Assembly: GCA_963836075.1 (NCBI GenBank)
Contig: CAWIIB010000009.1
Span: forward strand, 2,496,001 to 2,560,000
Origin: an uncultured Acidobacteriota bacterium
Lineage (GTDB): Bacteria > Acidobacteriota > JAQAZP01
Length of the DNA: 64,000 nucleotides
Direction: 5' to 3'
Part shown: piece after piece, positions 27,925-37,270 of the stretch
Position numbering within the stretch: the stretch's first letter is position 1
Layout of the letters: every line of letters starts with the position of its first letter
Made by a program: the position numbers and the translations under genes
The notes under the pieces: model-generated
The model's input: the letters and a program-made list of their open reading frames with translations, nothing else
Told to the model about the DNA's origin: nothing
The model's database searches: none

Positions 27925-29772
27925 TCAATGCTTCCTGGCCACCACCAGTGTCAGGTCGTCATGGGGCTTCAGCCCCCTCTGGAAGCGGTGCACCTCGTCG
28001 AGGATGCCCCGGCAGATGCGGCCGGCGTCCTGATGGCGCAGGCGGTGGGCCGTTTCGCAGATCCGTTCTTCGCCAAATTCCTCCCCTTCGGGGTTGAAGG
28101 CCTCGGAAAGGCCGTCGGTGAAGAGGAGCAGCAGGTCTCCGGGGGCCAGTAGCGCCTCGTGGCACTGGTAGGGGACGTTCTCGAACAGCCCGAGCACCAT
28201 GCCTCCGCCCATCAGCTCCCTGGACGTGCCATCGGGGCTGATGTGCAGTGGCGGGTTGTGGCCGGCGTTGATGAACTCCATCCGGCCCGAGCATGTTTCC
28301 AGCACGCCGAAAAAGAAGGAGACAAAGCGGTTCGCCTCGGTGCTGCGGTAGAGCAGGTTGTTGATCATTCCGATCAGCGCGTCCGGGGCCAGCCCCGGCT
28401 GCATGGTCAGGGCGCGGAGCGAGGCCTGCACCGAGGCCATGACCAGCGAGGCCGGGGTGCTCTTGCCGGTCACGTCCCCCACCACCAGCCCCAGCCGGCC
28501 CGGGCCGTAGTCGATGAAGTCGTGGTAGTCCCCGCCCACCTCGTAGCAGGGCATGCTCACCTGGGCCAGGTCCAGTCCCTCCACCAGCGGAACGGTGGCC
28601 GGCAGCAGGCTCTTCTGGATGTTGCGGGCGATGGAGAGCTCTTTCTCCAGGCGCTCCTTCTCCACCATCTGGGTGTGCAACTGGGCGTTGTCCATCGCGG
28701 TCACCGCCTGGGCGCAGAGCGTGGAGACAAACTCACGATCCTTGTGGGTCAGCGCGGCGCCGGTGAGCTTGCGGCCCACCGCCAGCAGGTCGCGCTGCGG
28801 CCCACTGGTGCGCAGGGGGAAGAAGCAGCTCAGTTCCCAGGCGGAGAGCAGCCGGGCCAGGGCAGGGCTCAGCCGGCGGACGGTTGCCAGTTCGCAGTGC
28901 TCGCCGGCCGCCTGGTCCAGTTTTGTGGTGTCGATGCCGGCCAGGCGTTTGCGGTCCTTGTCCGCCAGGGGCAGGCCCCGTTTCAGCGGAACGGTCAGCC
29001 CGCCACCCCCGGCGGCCCAGCTGAGCACCAGGCACCGCTTCACCGCGGTCTGACCCACCAGGGAGTTCACCGCCACCTTGAGGATGTCCTCGGGGTCAAA
29101 GGAGGAGACCAGCTCCCGGCTGACATCGAAGAGGCTGGAGAGCTGAAGGATTTTCAACTGCAGGTCGCGGTTCAGGCCGCGCACCTCCTCGTAGACCAGC
29201 CCGTTTTCGATGGCGGTGGCGGCGATGGAGGCCAGGGAGGCGAGATAGTGCAGGTCGCCTTTCTCGTAGGGCAGGCCGGTGGCCCGGCGGCCGAAGCCGG
29301 CCGCGCCGATGAACTTCTCCCTGTGCCATACCGGGACCAGCAGGGCCAGTCCCAGCGGCTCCAGCGCCGGGTCGGCAAAGAGGGCGGGCAGGCCGCCGCG
29401 CTGTTTCCGGCCAATGCTGTCGGGCGCCCGCACCGGCCGTTTGAACGGCCGCCGGATACGGACCTGCCGGCCCCGGGCGCCGGCGGCGCCGGGACCGCGG
29501 CAGTTGCGGACGGTCATGGTCCCCGGCTGCTCCTGGACCAGCACCACGCCGGTGGTGGTCAACATCTTGCCCATGGCGGTGAGCAGGAAGACGTCCAGGG
29601 TTTCGCCCAGGTCCAGCGAGGAGTTCACCGTGTCGGCGAATTCCAGCCTCGACATCATCGCCACGATGCGGGAGTGCAGGCCGCCGCCGTCATCCGGCGA
29701 GTCGGACTCGCCGATGCGGACCAGCAGGTCGCGGCACAGTTCGGACAGTCTGTCATCCTGGGTGTTCATCAC
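27925..29772 (-). CDS. GAF-GAF-PP2C (SpoIIE/RsbU-like) serine phosphatase
   Basis: ELSIARNIQKSLLP, VGGDYHD, GDVTGK, NAGHNPP, FTDGLSEA, DDLT; two GAF-like segments. Confidence 0.92.
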   Translation of the reverse strand: MMNTQDDRLSELCRDLLVRIGESDSPDDGGGLHSRIVAMMSRLEFADTVNSSLDLGETLDVFLLTAMGKMLTTTGVVLVQEQPGTMTVRNCRGPGAAGARGRQVRIRRPFKRPVRAPDSIGRKQRGGLPALFADPALEPLGLALLVPVWHREKFIGAAGFGRRATGLPYEKGDLHYLASLASIAATAIENGLVYEEVRGLNRDLQLKILQLSSLFDVSRELVSSFDPEDILKVAVNSLVGQTAVKRCLVLSWAAGGGGLTVPLKRGLPLADKDRKRLAGIDTTKLDQAAGEHCELATVRRLSPALARLLSAWELSCFFPLRTSGPQRDLLAVGRKLTGAALTHKDREFVSTLCAQAVTAMDNAQLHTQMVEKERLEKELSIARNIQKSLLPATVPLVEGLDLAQVSMPCYEVGGDYHDFIDYGPGRLGLVVGDVTGKSTPASLVMASVQASLRALTMQPGLAPDALIGMINNLLYRSTEANRFVSFFFGVLETCSGRMEFINAGHNPPLHISPDGTSRELMGGGMVLGLFENVPYQCHEALLAPGDLLLLFTDGLSEAFNPEGEEFGEERICETAHRLRHQDAGRICRGILDEVHRFQRGLKPHDDLTLVVARKH

Positions 29773-29804
29773 GGTCCGTGATCGATGGTGCGTGTGGCCG
29801 GTGG

Positions 29805-30278
29805 TCAGTCACCGCCTGCCGGCACGGTTTCCGAAGCGCCAGGCGGGTTGCGGTATTTCCACATGCAGCACTCGTGCTCCATGCCGGCGCCCTGGTCGAA
29901 CTCCACCCGGTCCATCAACTTGTTCATCAGTGTCAGTCCCAGCCCGCCGCGGCGCCGTTCGGCGATGTACTTTTCCAGGTCCGGTTTTTCCACCGCAGTG
30001 AGGTCCACCTGGTTGCCGCCGTGCCGGATGTCGATGCGCAGGGCGTCGGCGGTGACGGTGTAGCCGATCTGGATCTGGTGCCCGCCCTGGCTGGCGTAGG
30101 AGTGGCGGATCACGTTGGTCACCGCCTCATCAACCGCCAGGGCCATCTGTTCGCAGGTTTTTTTGGGGAATCCGGCCAGCAGCGAGGCACTGCGGGTGAG
30201 ATTGGTCACCATGTGCAGGTAGCGGGTGTCGCTGGGAATAACGACTTCGATTGATCCCTGGTTGATGGTTTTGACCAT
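29805..30278 (-). CDS. RsbW-like anti-sigma factor / Ser kinase (HATPase_c)
   Basis: LAVDEAVTNVIRHSY (N box), GGLGLTLMNKLMDRV (G2 box); G1 box atypical (IRHGG). Confidence 0.88.
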   Translation of the reverse strand: MVKTINQGSIEVVIPSDTRYLHMVTNLTRSASLLAGFPKKTCEQMALAVDEAVTNVIRHSYASQGGHQIQIGYTVTADALRIDIRHGGNQVDLTAVEKPDLEKYIAERRRGGLGLTLMNKLMDRVEFDQGAGMEHECCMWKYRNPPGASETVPAGGD

Positions 30279-30385
30279 GAACGTGATCCCGCCTGAACGT
30301 CGCCGGTTACCGTTGCCGGCGGCCAACATGTTTGGCTGCTCCGGGGTCTTGCTGAAGGGTTTCGGGGTCGAACCGCCGGCTTAGT

Positions 30386-30739
30386 CTAGTCTTCGATGGA
30401 AAAGCTGCTCAGCGCTTCGGCCTCGTCTCCGAAAATCTTGTAGAGATGGGTGAAACCAAGGATGTCGAATATATTGAAGATGTTCTCACTCATGTTTGAC
30501 AGCTTGATGTCACCCTCGTTCTCCCTTACCTCATCGATAACCCCCATCAGCGCGCCCAGACCGGCACTCGAGATGTACCTCAGATCGGCACAGTTTATAA
30601 CGATGCGGTAAGACTTTCGTTCCACCTGTTCCTGGAGGACCTGCTCGAAAGAGCGAACAGTGTGGGCGTTGATGAAGCCCCGGGGATAGACGAGGATCAC
30701 GTCACCCTCGGTTTTAAGGTCCACGTTTAAATCCGCCAT
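30386..30739 (-). CDS. RsbV-like STAS anti-sigma factor antagonist
   Basis: LRYISSAGLG phospho-Ser motif, GDIKL, IFDILGF. Confidence 0.92.
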   Translation of the reverse strand: MADLNVDLKTEGDVILVYPRGFINAHTVRSFEQVLQEQVERKSYRIVINCADLRYISSAGLGALMGVIDEVRENEGDIKLSNMSENIFNIFDILGFTHLYKIFGDEAEALSSFSIED

Positions 30740-30793
30740 CAGCGAACTCCTGGTTGCCACTTCTGTAGATAACCTCTATCTAAAGGAAAGAAA

Positions 30794-30822
30794 ATCATAC
30801 CGTCTCCCTGCGGCCAATGCAA
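30794..30822 (-). promoter_or_regulatory. sigma70-type promoter for the rsbV-W-U-like operon
   Basis: TTGCAT-17 nt-TATGAT. Confidence 0.55.
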
Positions 30823-30856
30823 CCGCCGGTGTCCCGGGGTGTGTCCCGGGGAGCGG

Positions 30857-32311
30857 TCACCGCTTCCAGATCGAGGGGATGAAAAGACAGAGGACGGTAA
30901 ACAGTTCCAGCCGCCCGAAGAGCATGCAGGCGCAGAGGATCCATTTGCCGGTATCCGGGATCCAGGCAAAGGTGCAGGTGGGGCCCACCAGGCCCAGCCC
31001 CGGGCCGATGTTGCCCAGGGTGGCGGCCACCGCGCTGAACGCGGTGACCGGATCCAGCCCCAGGGCGGTCATGGCCAGGGTGGCGGTGACAAAGATGAAG
31101 ACGAAGATGCAGAAAAAGGTGTTCACCGTCTGCACCACTTCGCTGCTCACCGGAGTGCGGTTCAGCTTGAGCTGTTTGACGGCGTGGGGGCGGAAAGCCC
31201 GGTAGGTGACCACATACGCGTTTTTGACCACGATGATCAACCGCGCCACCTTGATCCCCCCGCCCGTCGAACCGGCCGAGCCGCCGACGACCATCAGCGC
31301 CACCAGCAGCAGGCGGGAGAAGGCCGGCCACTGGTCGAAGTCAGCGGTTCCGAACCCGGTGGTGGTCATGATCGAAACCACGCTGAAGCCCGCGTTGCGC
31401 GTGTTCTCCAGCAGTGTCTCACCTGCGGGGCCGGCCAGGCTGAGGTTGGCAACGATCAGCAGGGTCGCCCCCAGCAGGATGGCGGTGTAGACCCGGAATT
31501 CGCTGTCCCTGAAATAGGCCGACAGCGACCGTTTGGTCAGCAGGCGGTGGTGCAACGAAAAGTTGGCGCCGGCGATGAACATCACCGCGATGATCACCGC
31601 CTCGATGTAGAAACTGCCGAAAGCGCCGATGCTCTCGTTCCTGGTGGAGAACCCACCGGTGGCGATGGTGGTGCAGGTGTGACAGACCGCCTCGTGGAAC
31701 GACATGCCCCCCAGGGCCAGCAATGCCGTCTGGACGACGCTGATGCCGAGATAGATCAGCCACAGCGCCCGGGCCGTCTGCTGGATCCTGGGGGTCAGGC
31801 CTTCCTTCACCGGTCCGGGCACCTCGCCCTTGAACATCTGGCGCACCCCCACGCCGATGTAGGGCAGGATGGCGATGAAGAGGACGATGATCCCCATTCC
31901 GCCCAGCCACTGGGTGAAGCTGCGCCAGAAGAGCATCCCCTTGGAGAGCGCGGTCACGTCGGTGATCACCGTGGCGCCGGTGGTGGTGAAGCCGGACATG
32001 GCTTCGAAGTAGGCGTCGGTGAAACTGTCCACAGCACCGCTGAACAGGAAGGGCAGTGCCCCGAGCAGCGCGGCGCCGATCCAGCCGAAGGCCACCAGGG
32101 CCAGGGCGTCCCGGCGCGCGATCTCCCTTTTTATCTTGCGGAAGGAGAAGTAGAGCAGCCCCCCGGCGACCATTCCCACCAGCGCCGAAATCACGAACGC
32201 CGGCCAGTCCGGCTCGTCGTAGGGCAGGCTCCAGGCCAACGGCAGCAACAGGGCCAGCCCGGTGACGAAGAAGAATTTGCCCAATGTTTTGCCGATCAGA
32301 CGGTATTGCAC
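30857..32311 (-). CDS. trkH: Trk potassium uptake membrane subunit
   Basis: FEAMSGFTTTGAT, QWLGGMGI, IATGGFS, TTTGF, GSTGGGIK, LGNIGPG, GRLE. Confidence 0.96.
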   Translation of the reverse strand: MQYRLIGKTLGKFFFVTGLALLLPLAWSLPYDEPDWPAFVISALVGMVAGGLLYFSFRKIKREIARRDALALVAFGWIGAALLGALPFLFSGAVDSFTDAYFEAMSGFTTTGATVITDVTALSKGMLFWRSFTQWLGGMGIIVLFIAILPYIGVGVRQMFKGEVPGPVKEGLTPRIQQTARALWLIYLGISVVQTALLALGGMSFHEAVCHTCTTIATGGFSTRNESIGAFGSFYIEAVIIAVMFIAGANFSLHHRLLTKRSLSAYFRDSEFRVYTAILLGATLLIVANLSLAGPAGETLLENTRNAGFSVVSIMTTTGFGTADFDQWPAFSRLLLVALMVVGGSAGSTGGGIKVARLIIVVKNAYVVTYRAFRPHAVKQLKLNRTPVSSEVVQTVNTFFCIFVFIFVTATLAMTALGLDPVTAFSAVAATLGNIGPGLGLVGPTCTFAWIPDTGKWILCACMLFGRLELFTVLCLFIPSIWKR

Positions 32312-32344
32312 GGTGTCCTCGCCGGCCGCGGGCTGGCCGGTCTG

Positions 32345-33679
32345 CTAGAAGATTCGCCGGATGTCAGGGATGTTTTCCGGGACGGTGAAGACCACCACCG
32401 TGTCGCCGGCCTCGATGGTATCGTCGCCCCCGGGCACGATCACTCCATCCTTCTTGTTCATTGCGCCGATGATCGATCCCTTGGGCAGCCCGAGGTCCTT
32501 CAGTTTGCGGCCCACGGCCCTGGCGTTGAGGTCGGCCAGGATCTCGAGAATTTCGGCCTTGCCGTCCTCGAGGATCTCCATCGAGATCAGCGAGCCGCGG
32601 TGGAGGAACTGTTGAATGGCGCTGGCCGTAAGCAGCCGGGAGTTGAAGGCCATGTCGATGCCCAGGTCCTGGATCAGCTGCATGTAGTCCGAGCGATTGG
32701 TGAGGCAGATGGTTTTTGCGGCACCCAGCCGCCGGGCCAGCAGGGAACTGACGATGTTGGTCTCGTATTCGTCGGAGACGGCGGCGAAGATGTCCATCCG
32801 GCCCACGTGTTCCTCCTTGAGCAGAGCAACGTCCGTGCTGCTGCCGTGGAGCACGGTGATTTTCGAGGAGAGCACGGACGAGAGCTCCTCGCACCGCGAG
32901 AGGTCATCCTCCAGCAGCCGGACGCTGATGTTCCGTTTCTCCAGCGTCTGGGCCAGCAGCATGCCGATCTGGCCCCCGCCGACGATGAAGACGTGCTTGG
33001 CCTCCTCCCGGGGGGCCGCGAAGAGCTTCAGAATCCTGTTTTCCTCTCCGGCGATGGCCACCACCCAGACCTGGTCGCCGGGGGCGAGCTCGTCGTCGCC
33101 GCCGGGGACGATCATCTCGTTCCCCCGGCGAATGCCGGTGACCAGGAATTCGGGAGTGGGGATGTTGCTCAGCCGCCGGTGCACCAGGGGGCACTCGCCG
33201 GTCACCGGGAAGTGGAGCAGCCGCACCTTGCCGTTGGCGAAGCTCTCCACCTCGGAGGAGCCGCGGGTGGAGATGGTGTTGGCGATCTTCATCGCGGTGA
33301 CGATTCGCGGGCTGATCACCAGGTCGATGCCCAGCAGGTCGCGGTAGAGCACCCGGGTCCCCCGGAGGTAGACTTCGTTGCGGATCCGGGCCACCGTGCG
33401 CTTGATCCCCACCTGCTTGGCGGTGAGCGCGGCGATCATGTTCACCTCGTCGCTGTCGGTGACCGCCATCAGCAGGTCGGTGCCCGAGGCCTTGAGCGTT
33501 TCGATGATCCGGGGGTCCGCCCCGTGACCCTGGATCGTCTGCACGTCCAGGCGGTCCGCGATGCGCCCCAGATTCTCGGCGTCGAGGTCGATGACAATCA
33601 CGTCCATCTTGCCGTCGTGCAGCCGTTCGGCGAGTGAAAACCCCACCATCCCGGCGCCGACGATTGCCGTTGTGGCCAT
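32345..33679 (-). CDS. trkA: Trk potassium uptake NAD-binding subunit (two RCK domains)
   Basis: GAGMVG and GGGQIG Rossmann motifs, AVTDSDEVN, two TrkA_C domains. Confidence 0.96.
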   Translation of the reverse strand: MATTAIVGAGMVGFSLAERLHDGKMDVIVIDLDAENLGRIADRLDVQTIQGHGADPRIIETLKASGTDLLMAVTDSDEVNMIAALTAKQVGIKRTVARIRNEVYLRGTRVLYRDLLGIDLVISPRIVTAMKIANTISTRGSSEVESFANGKVRLLHFPVTGECPLVHRRLSNIPTPEFLVTGIRRGNEMIVPGGDDELAPGDQVWVVAIAGEENRILKLFAAPREEAKHVFIVGGGQIGMLLAQTLEKRNISVRLLEDDLSRCEELSSVLSSKITVLHGSSTDVALLKEEHVGRMDIFAAVSDEYETNIVSSLLARRLGAAKTICLTNRSDYMQLIQDLGIDMAFNSRLLTASAIQQFLHRGSLISMEILEDGKAEILEILADLNARAVGRKLKDLGLPKGSIIGAMNKKDGVIVPGGDDTIEAGDTVVVFTVPENIPDIRRIF

Positions 33680-33783
33680 CGGTCGCTCCCAGGTATTTCG
33701 GGCTGGCTGCCCGAGTGCGGCGCTACTATACTACGGAGAACGTCGGGTGGGAACCAGCTGCGGTGAAGCCGGCAAGAGGGGCT

Positions 33784-35856
33784 TCATTTTTTTCTGCGGA
33801 AGACCTCGGGGCCGTAAATCTGGCGCCGCCGGTCCGGCCACTGGTCGGCCAGGTCGCCGGCTTCGGGTTTGGCGTAATAGATCCCCCGGCGTTCGATGCG
33901 CTCATTGGAAAGCGCCCCGCAGCCCGGACAGGGCTGGTCCTCACCGGTGGCCCGGTGGCAGTCGGCGCAGTAGCTGAAGCGGGGAGAGAAGGCCAGCTGC
34001 GAACAGAGGGTGTCGCTGAACACCCGGCGGATGAAACGGACGGCATCGGCGGCGGCCGGGGTGTCTCCGCCCAGCGGCACCTCGAAGAGGGCGCCGCCCG
34101 GGAGGAAGGGATGGAACTCGCTCTCCAGGGCCAGGCGCCGGGAGAGGTCGATGCCGGCCTGGCCGGAGACGCGAACCGAACGGGTGTAGTGCACCTCGTC
34201 GGCGGACAACTCACCCTTGACCACGTGGCCCGACTGCGGTGAGTGGTAGCGCAGGTCCTTGCGGGCAAAGCGGCTGGGGGCCAGCCGGCTGAAGCTTTCC
34301 GCGGGGTGGAAGACCACCCGGTGGCGGGCCGACATCTCGCGGCAGTACCCGGCGATATGACGCAGTAGCTGCAGGGCGCGGCTGTGGGCCTTGCGCCCCC
34401 GGTGCAGTTCGTGACCGGTGTGGATCTGCACCATCTCGTTCAGACCGCTCAGACCGATGAGGTGGCTGGTTCGGTCGAGGTCCAGCAGCGGGGCGCCGTC
34501 CCGGCGCAGCAGCAGCAGCGACAGCGGTGCGCTCTTGCCGTAGGCCAGCAGTTTTTCAAGAAAGATCCGTTTCTCCAGGTGGGCCGTGGCACAGAGTTCC
34601 AGGACCTCCTCCAGGCAGGCCCGCAGCTGGTCGTCGCTCCCCGCGGCGCGGTAGGCCAGGCGGGGCAGGTTGACGGTGATCGCCTGCAGCGAGTGGCAGC
34701 GCCGGGTCCAGGTGTGGGTACCGTCGCCGGTCTCCCAGGGTCCGAGATCGGTGACCTGCATCCCCGAGCCCCGGTCGAAGAGGAAGAGCGGGGTTCCCTG
34801 ACGAACAGCCAGTTCGGCAGCCTGGCGGAGAAAGCCGCCGCTGCCCGGTTCCCGGGTGAAGGTGCCGTCGAGACGGATCACCGGGGTGGGGTAGAAGAAG
34901 GGGCTGCCGTCGCCGTCCCCGGCGGCCATCACCTCCAGCAGTGCCCGGGCAAAGGCCTTGGACTCCTGGTTGTAGTCACCGTAGGTCCTGCCCGTTTCCT
35001 GACCTGCCGGCCCCAGGGCGGGGATCTTGCGCAACGCCCGGGGAATTCCCCAGTAGAGGTGCAGGTCGCAGAAGATCGGCCGGTTGTCGCGGGCCGCGGA
35101 GAGCTGGGAAAACTCGTAGACCAGGAACTGGGCCAGCTGGGTCACCTGAGCGGCGGAGAGCCCGCGGAGGAACGGCGCAAGGTAGACGTTGAGCAGGTCC
35201 CAGGAAATGCTGTTGGAAAAGTGCCCCTGGAGAAAGGCTGAAAAGCGGGCCAGGTGGGCCAGCAGCACTTCGGGCTGCCGGGCCGGCCTGGCGTTGGACA
35301 GCGTTCCGGGGAGGCTCAACCCGAATTTCTTGATGTATTCCGGAGAGACGAGGGAGGAGTGCGGGCGGTCCACCTGGCCCAGGTGCTCGAGGTGGATATC
35401 CCCCCGCCTGTGGGCCTCCGCCACCCGGTCGGAGAAGAGCGAGAGCAGGGCGTAATCCCGCTTGATCGATTCGGCCAGCGCGCGGTTGGTGGCTTCGGGG
35501 CCCAGCAATGCGGGCGCGGAGGACGGGCCGCCGCGGGTGATCAGGTTCTCGGTGTCGAACACCGGCAGCCCGATCCGGGTATGGCGGGCGTGCTGCTGTT
35601 GGAACCCGCGTTCGATCAGCTTGATGTCCACCAGTTCACGGATCAGGTTGGTGGAGATCTGGTGCAGGCCGGTGCCGCTGATGGTCTCCTGGATCTCCCT
35701 GCTGATCTCCACCGCCACCGCCCGCGGCAGGTCGGTTTCCCGCAGCAGGGCATTGACGATCCGCTGGCGGTTCCAGCGGATCAGGTCCTCGTCGGAGGTC
35801 TGGACGAAGAGGCCGCTGCCGCGGCCCGGCGGTTCGCTTTTGTCACGCGTGGCCAT
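33784..35856 (-). CDS. nrdD: Class III anaerobic ribonucleotide reductase (NrdD) homolog with ATP-cone; catalytic residues degenerate
   Basis: ATP-cone (WNRQRIVNALLRET...LIRELVDIKL), AHRRGDIHL, YEFSQ, GDGDGSPFFYP, TVNLPRLAY, IGLSGLNE, RFARKD, EFHPFL, and CADC...CPGC. It lacks the RxxGY glycyl motif and the catalytic Cys residues. Confidence 0.85.
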   Translation of the reverse strand: MATRDKSEPPGRGSGLFVQTSDEDLIRWNRQRIVNALLRETDLPRAVAVEISREIQETISGTGLHQISTNLIRELVDIKLIERGFQQQHARHTRIGLPVFDTENLITRGGPSSAPALLGPEATNRALAESIKRDYALLSLFSDRVAEAHRRGDIHLEHLGQVDRPHSSLVSPEYIKKFGLSLPGTLSNARPARQPEVLLAHLARFSAFLQGHFSNSISWDLLNVYLAPFLRGLSAAQVTQLAQFLVYEFSQLSAARDNRPIFCDLHLYWGIPRALRKIPALGPAGQETGRTYGDYNQESKAFARALLEVMAAGDGDGSPFFYPTPVIRLDGTFTREPGSGGFLRQAAELAVRQGTPLFLFDRGSGMQVTDLGPWETGDGTHTWTRRCHSLQAITVNLPRLAYRAAGSDDQLRACLEEVLELCATAHLEKRIFLEKLLAYGKSAPLSLLLLRRDGAPLLDLDRTSHLIGLSGLNEMVQIHTGHELHRGRKAHSRALQLLRHIAGYCREMSARHRVVFHPAESFSRLAPSRFARKDLRYHSPQSGHVVKGELSADEVHYTRSVRVSGQAGIDLSRRLALESEFHPFLPGGALFEVPLGGDTPAAADAVRFIRRVFSDTLCSQLAFSPRFSYCADCHRATGEDQPCPGCGALSNERIERRGIYYAKPEAGDLADQWPDRRRQIYGPEVFRRKK

Positions 35857-35895
35857 GGTTTCATACCTTAAAGCGGTAAGATTACGGTGAGCGGT

Positions 35896-36144
35896 TCAGT
35901 TCTGCCGGTTCCGGCCGGCGGCGGCAAGCTGGAACACCTCGATGCCACCGAAGACGATCAGCACCAGCCCCAGTCCGGTAACCGCTCCCCGGAAGCAGTT
36001 GTGGAGCACCAGCCCCTGGATGGCGGGGAAGTGCGCCAGCAGGCCATTCCGTTCCCAGAATACCGACCAGGGGCTGAACACCAGCAGGATCCCCACCTCG
36101 AAATCGAGCAGGATCAGCAACAGTGATGCGAGTTTCAGTTTCAC
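35896..36144 (-). CDS. Small 2-TM hypothetical membrane protein
   Basis: FEVGILLVFSPWSVFWERN...FRGAVTGLGLV; divergent from folD and co-directional with the NrdD-like gene. Confidence 0.65.
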   Translation of the reverse strand: MKLKLASLLLILLDFEVGILLVFSPWSVFWERNGLLAHFPAIQGLVLHNCFRGAVTGLGLVLIVFGGIEVFQLAAAGRNRQN

Positions 36145-36318
36145 GGCGGTTGGTCCCGTCCTGCTCTATTCGGCGTGTTGCTGCTCAAAAGCGGGGCGCG
36201 TGCGATTTCAGGGTCAGCCGGTCACCGTCGATGATAGTGTTTCCACCACCGCGGGTTCAACCCCGGCCGTCGCGCTGTGCTAAAATGCCTCTTTTTATTG
36301 AACGGACAGGGGGGACAC

Positions 36319-37249
36319 ATGACGGCAGAGATCCTGAATGGCAAGCTGATCGCCGGCGAGATCCGCGAGGAGGTCCGGGCGGAGGTGGACCGGCTGCGGA
36401 AAGCCGGCGGCACTGTTCCCGGCCTGGGGGTGGTGCTGGTGGGCGACGATCCGGCCTCGGCGATCTATGTCCGCAACAAGGAGCAGGCCTGTGCCGAGGC
36501 GGGCATCCACTCCGAGACCCTGCGCCTGCCCGCCGACGCCGCGGAGCAGGCGGTGCTTGACGCGGTGCTGGACTTCTCCAACCGGAGAAGCGACATCCAC
36601 GGCATTCTGGTCCAGTTGCCCCTGCCCGCCGGGATGAACCCCGACCGGGTAATCGGGGCCATCGACCCGGACAAGGACGTGGACGGTTTCCACCCGGTGA
36701 ACGTGGGCAATCTCTGTCTGGGGCGCGAGGGGTTCATCCCCTGCACGCCGGCGGGGATCATGGAACTCCTGCGGCGCTGCGGCATTGCGGTGGAGGGGCG
36801 TCGCGCGGTGGTACTGGGCCGTTCCAACATCGTCGGCCGCCCCATGGCCCTCCTGCTCCAGCACGCCAATGCCACGGTGACCGTCTGCCATTCCCGCACC
36901 GTTGACCTGCCTGCCGTGGCCGCCGAGGCGGACATTCTGGTGGCCGCCCTGGGCCGGCCGGCGATGATCACCGGCGAATTCATCAAGCCCGGGGCGGTGG
37001 TGATCGACGTGGGGATCAACCGTATCGAGGACCCCGAACTGGCCCGGGACTGCTTCAGCCACAAACCGAAACGGCTGGCCGCCTTCCAGCGCAAGGGCCA
37101 CACCCTGGTGGGCGACGTACATCCGCTTCACGCCGCCGAACGGGCCGGTGCCTGGACGCCGGTGCCCGGCGGAGTGGGGCCGCTGACCATCGCCATGCTG
37201 CTGCACAGGTACGCTGCGGGCGATGAGGCGGCAGACCAACCGGGACTGA
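36319..37249 (+). CDS. folD: Bifunctional methylenetetrahydrofolate dehydrogenase/cyclohydrolase; apparent +1 frameshift at ~37208
   Basis: YVRNK, GILVQLPLP, KDVDGFHP, PCTPAG, GRSNIVG, DVGIN, PVPGGVGPLT. Removing one base from CAC-AGGT-ACG gives ...LH(S)TLRAMRRQTNRD* with the stop at 37247-37249, just before the coaE SD. Confidence 0.93.
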
Positions 37250-37270
37250 TCCCGGCCGGAGGAGGGGAGG

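Noticed and set aside
30828-30852. Short direct repeat GTGTCCCGGGG x2 after trkH
   Set aside because: Only two GC-rich copies; it could be an operator beside the rsbV promoter but there is no independent support.
30839-33637. 932-aa plus-strand ORF, and similar long antisense ORFs (42560..44857, 61370..63454, 21234..23036, 28159..29781)
   Set aside because: They lie opposite well-supported genes (trkH/trkA, rel, pilB, GH57, PP2C), have no motifs, and are expected shadows in high-GC DNA.
34750-34770. Out-of-frame G-C-R-S in the NrdD-like gene, resembling the MGCRS thiyl motif of E. coli-type NrdD
   Set aside because: The in-frame sequence stays colinear with the subfamily pattern (FDRG...VTD vs FDRG...ISE) and resumes normally; rescuing it would need two compensating indels and would not restore the other lost motifs.
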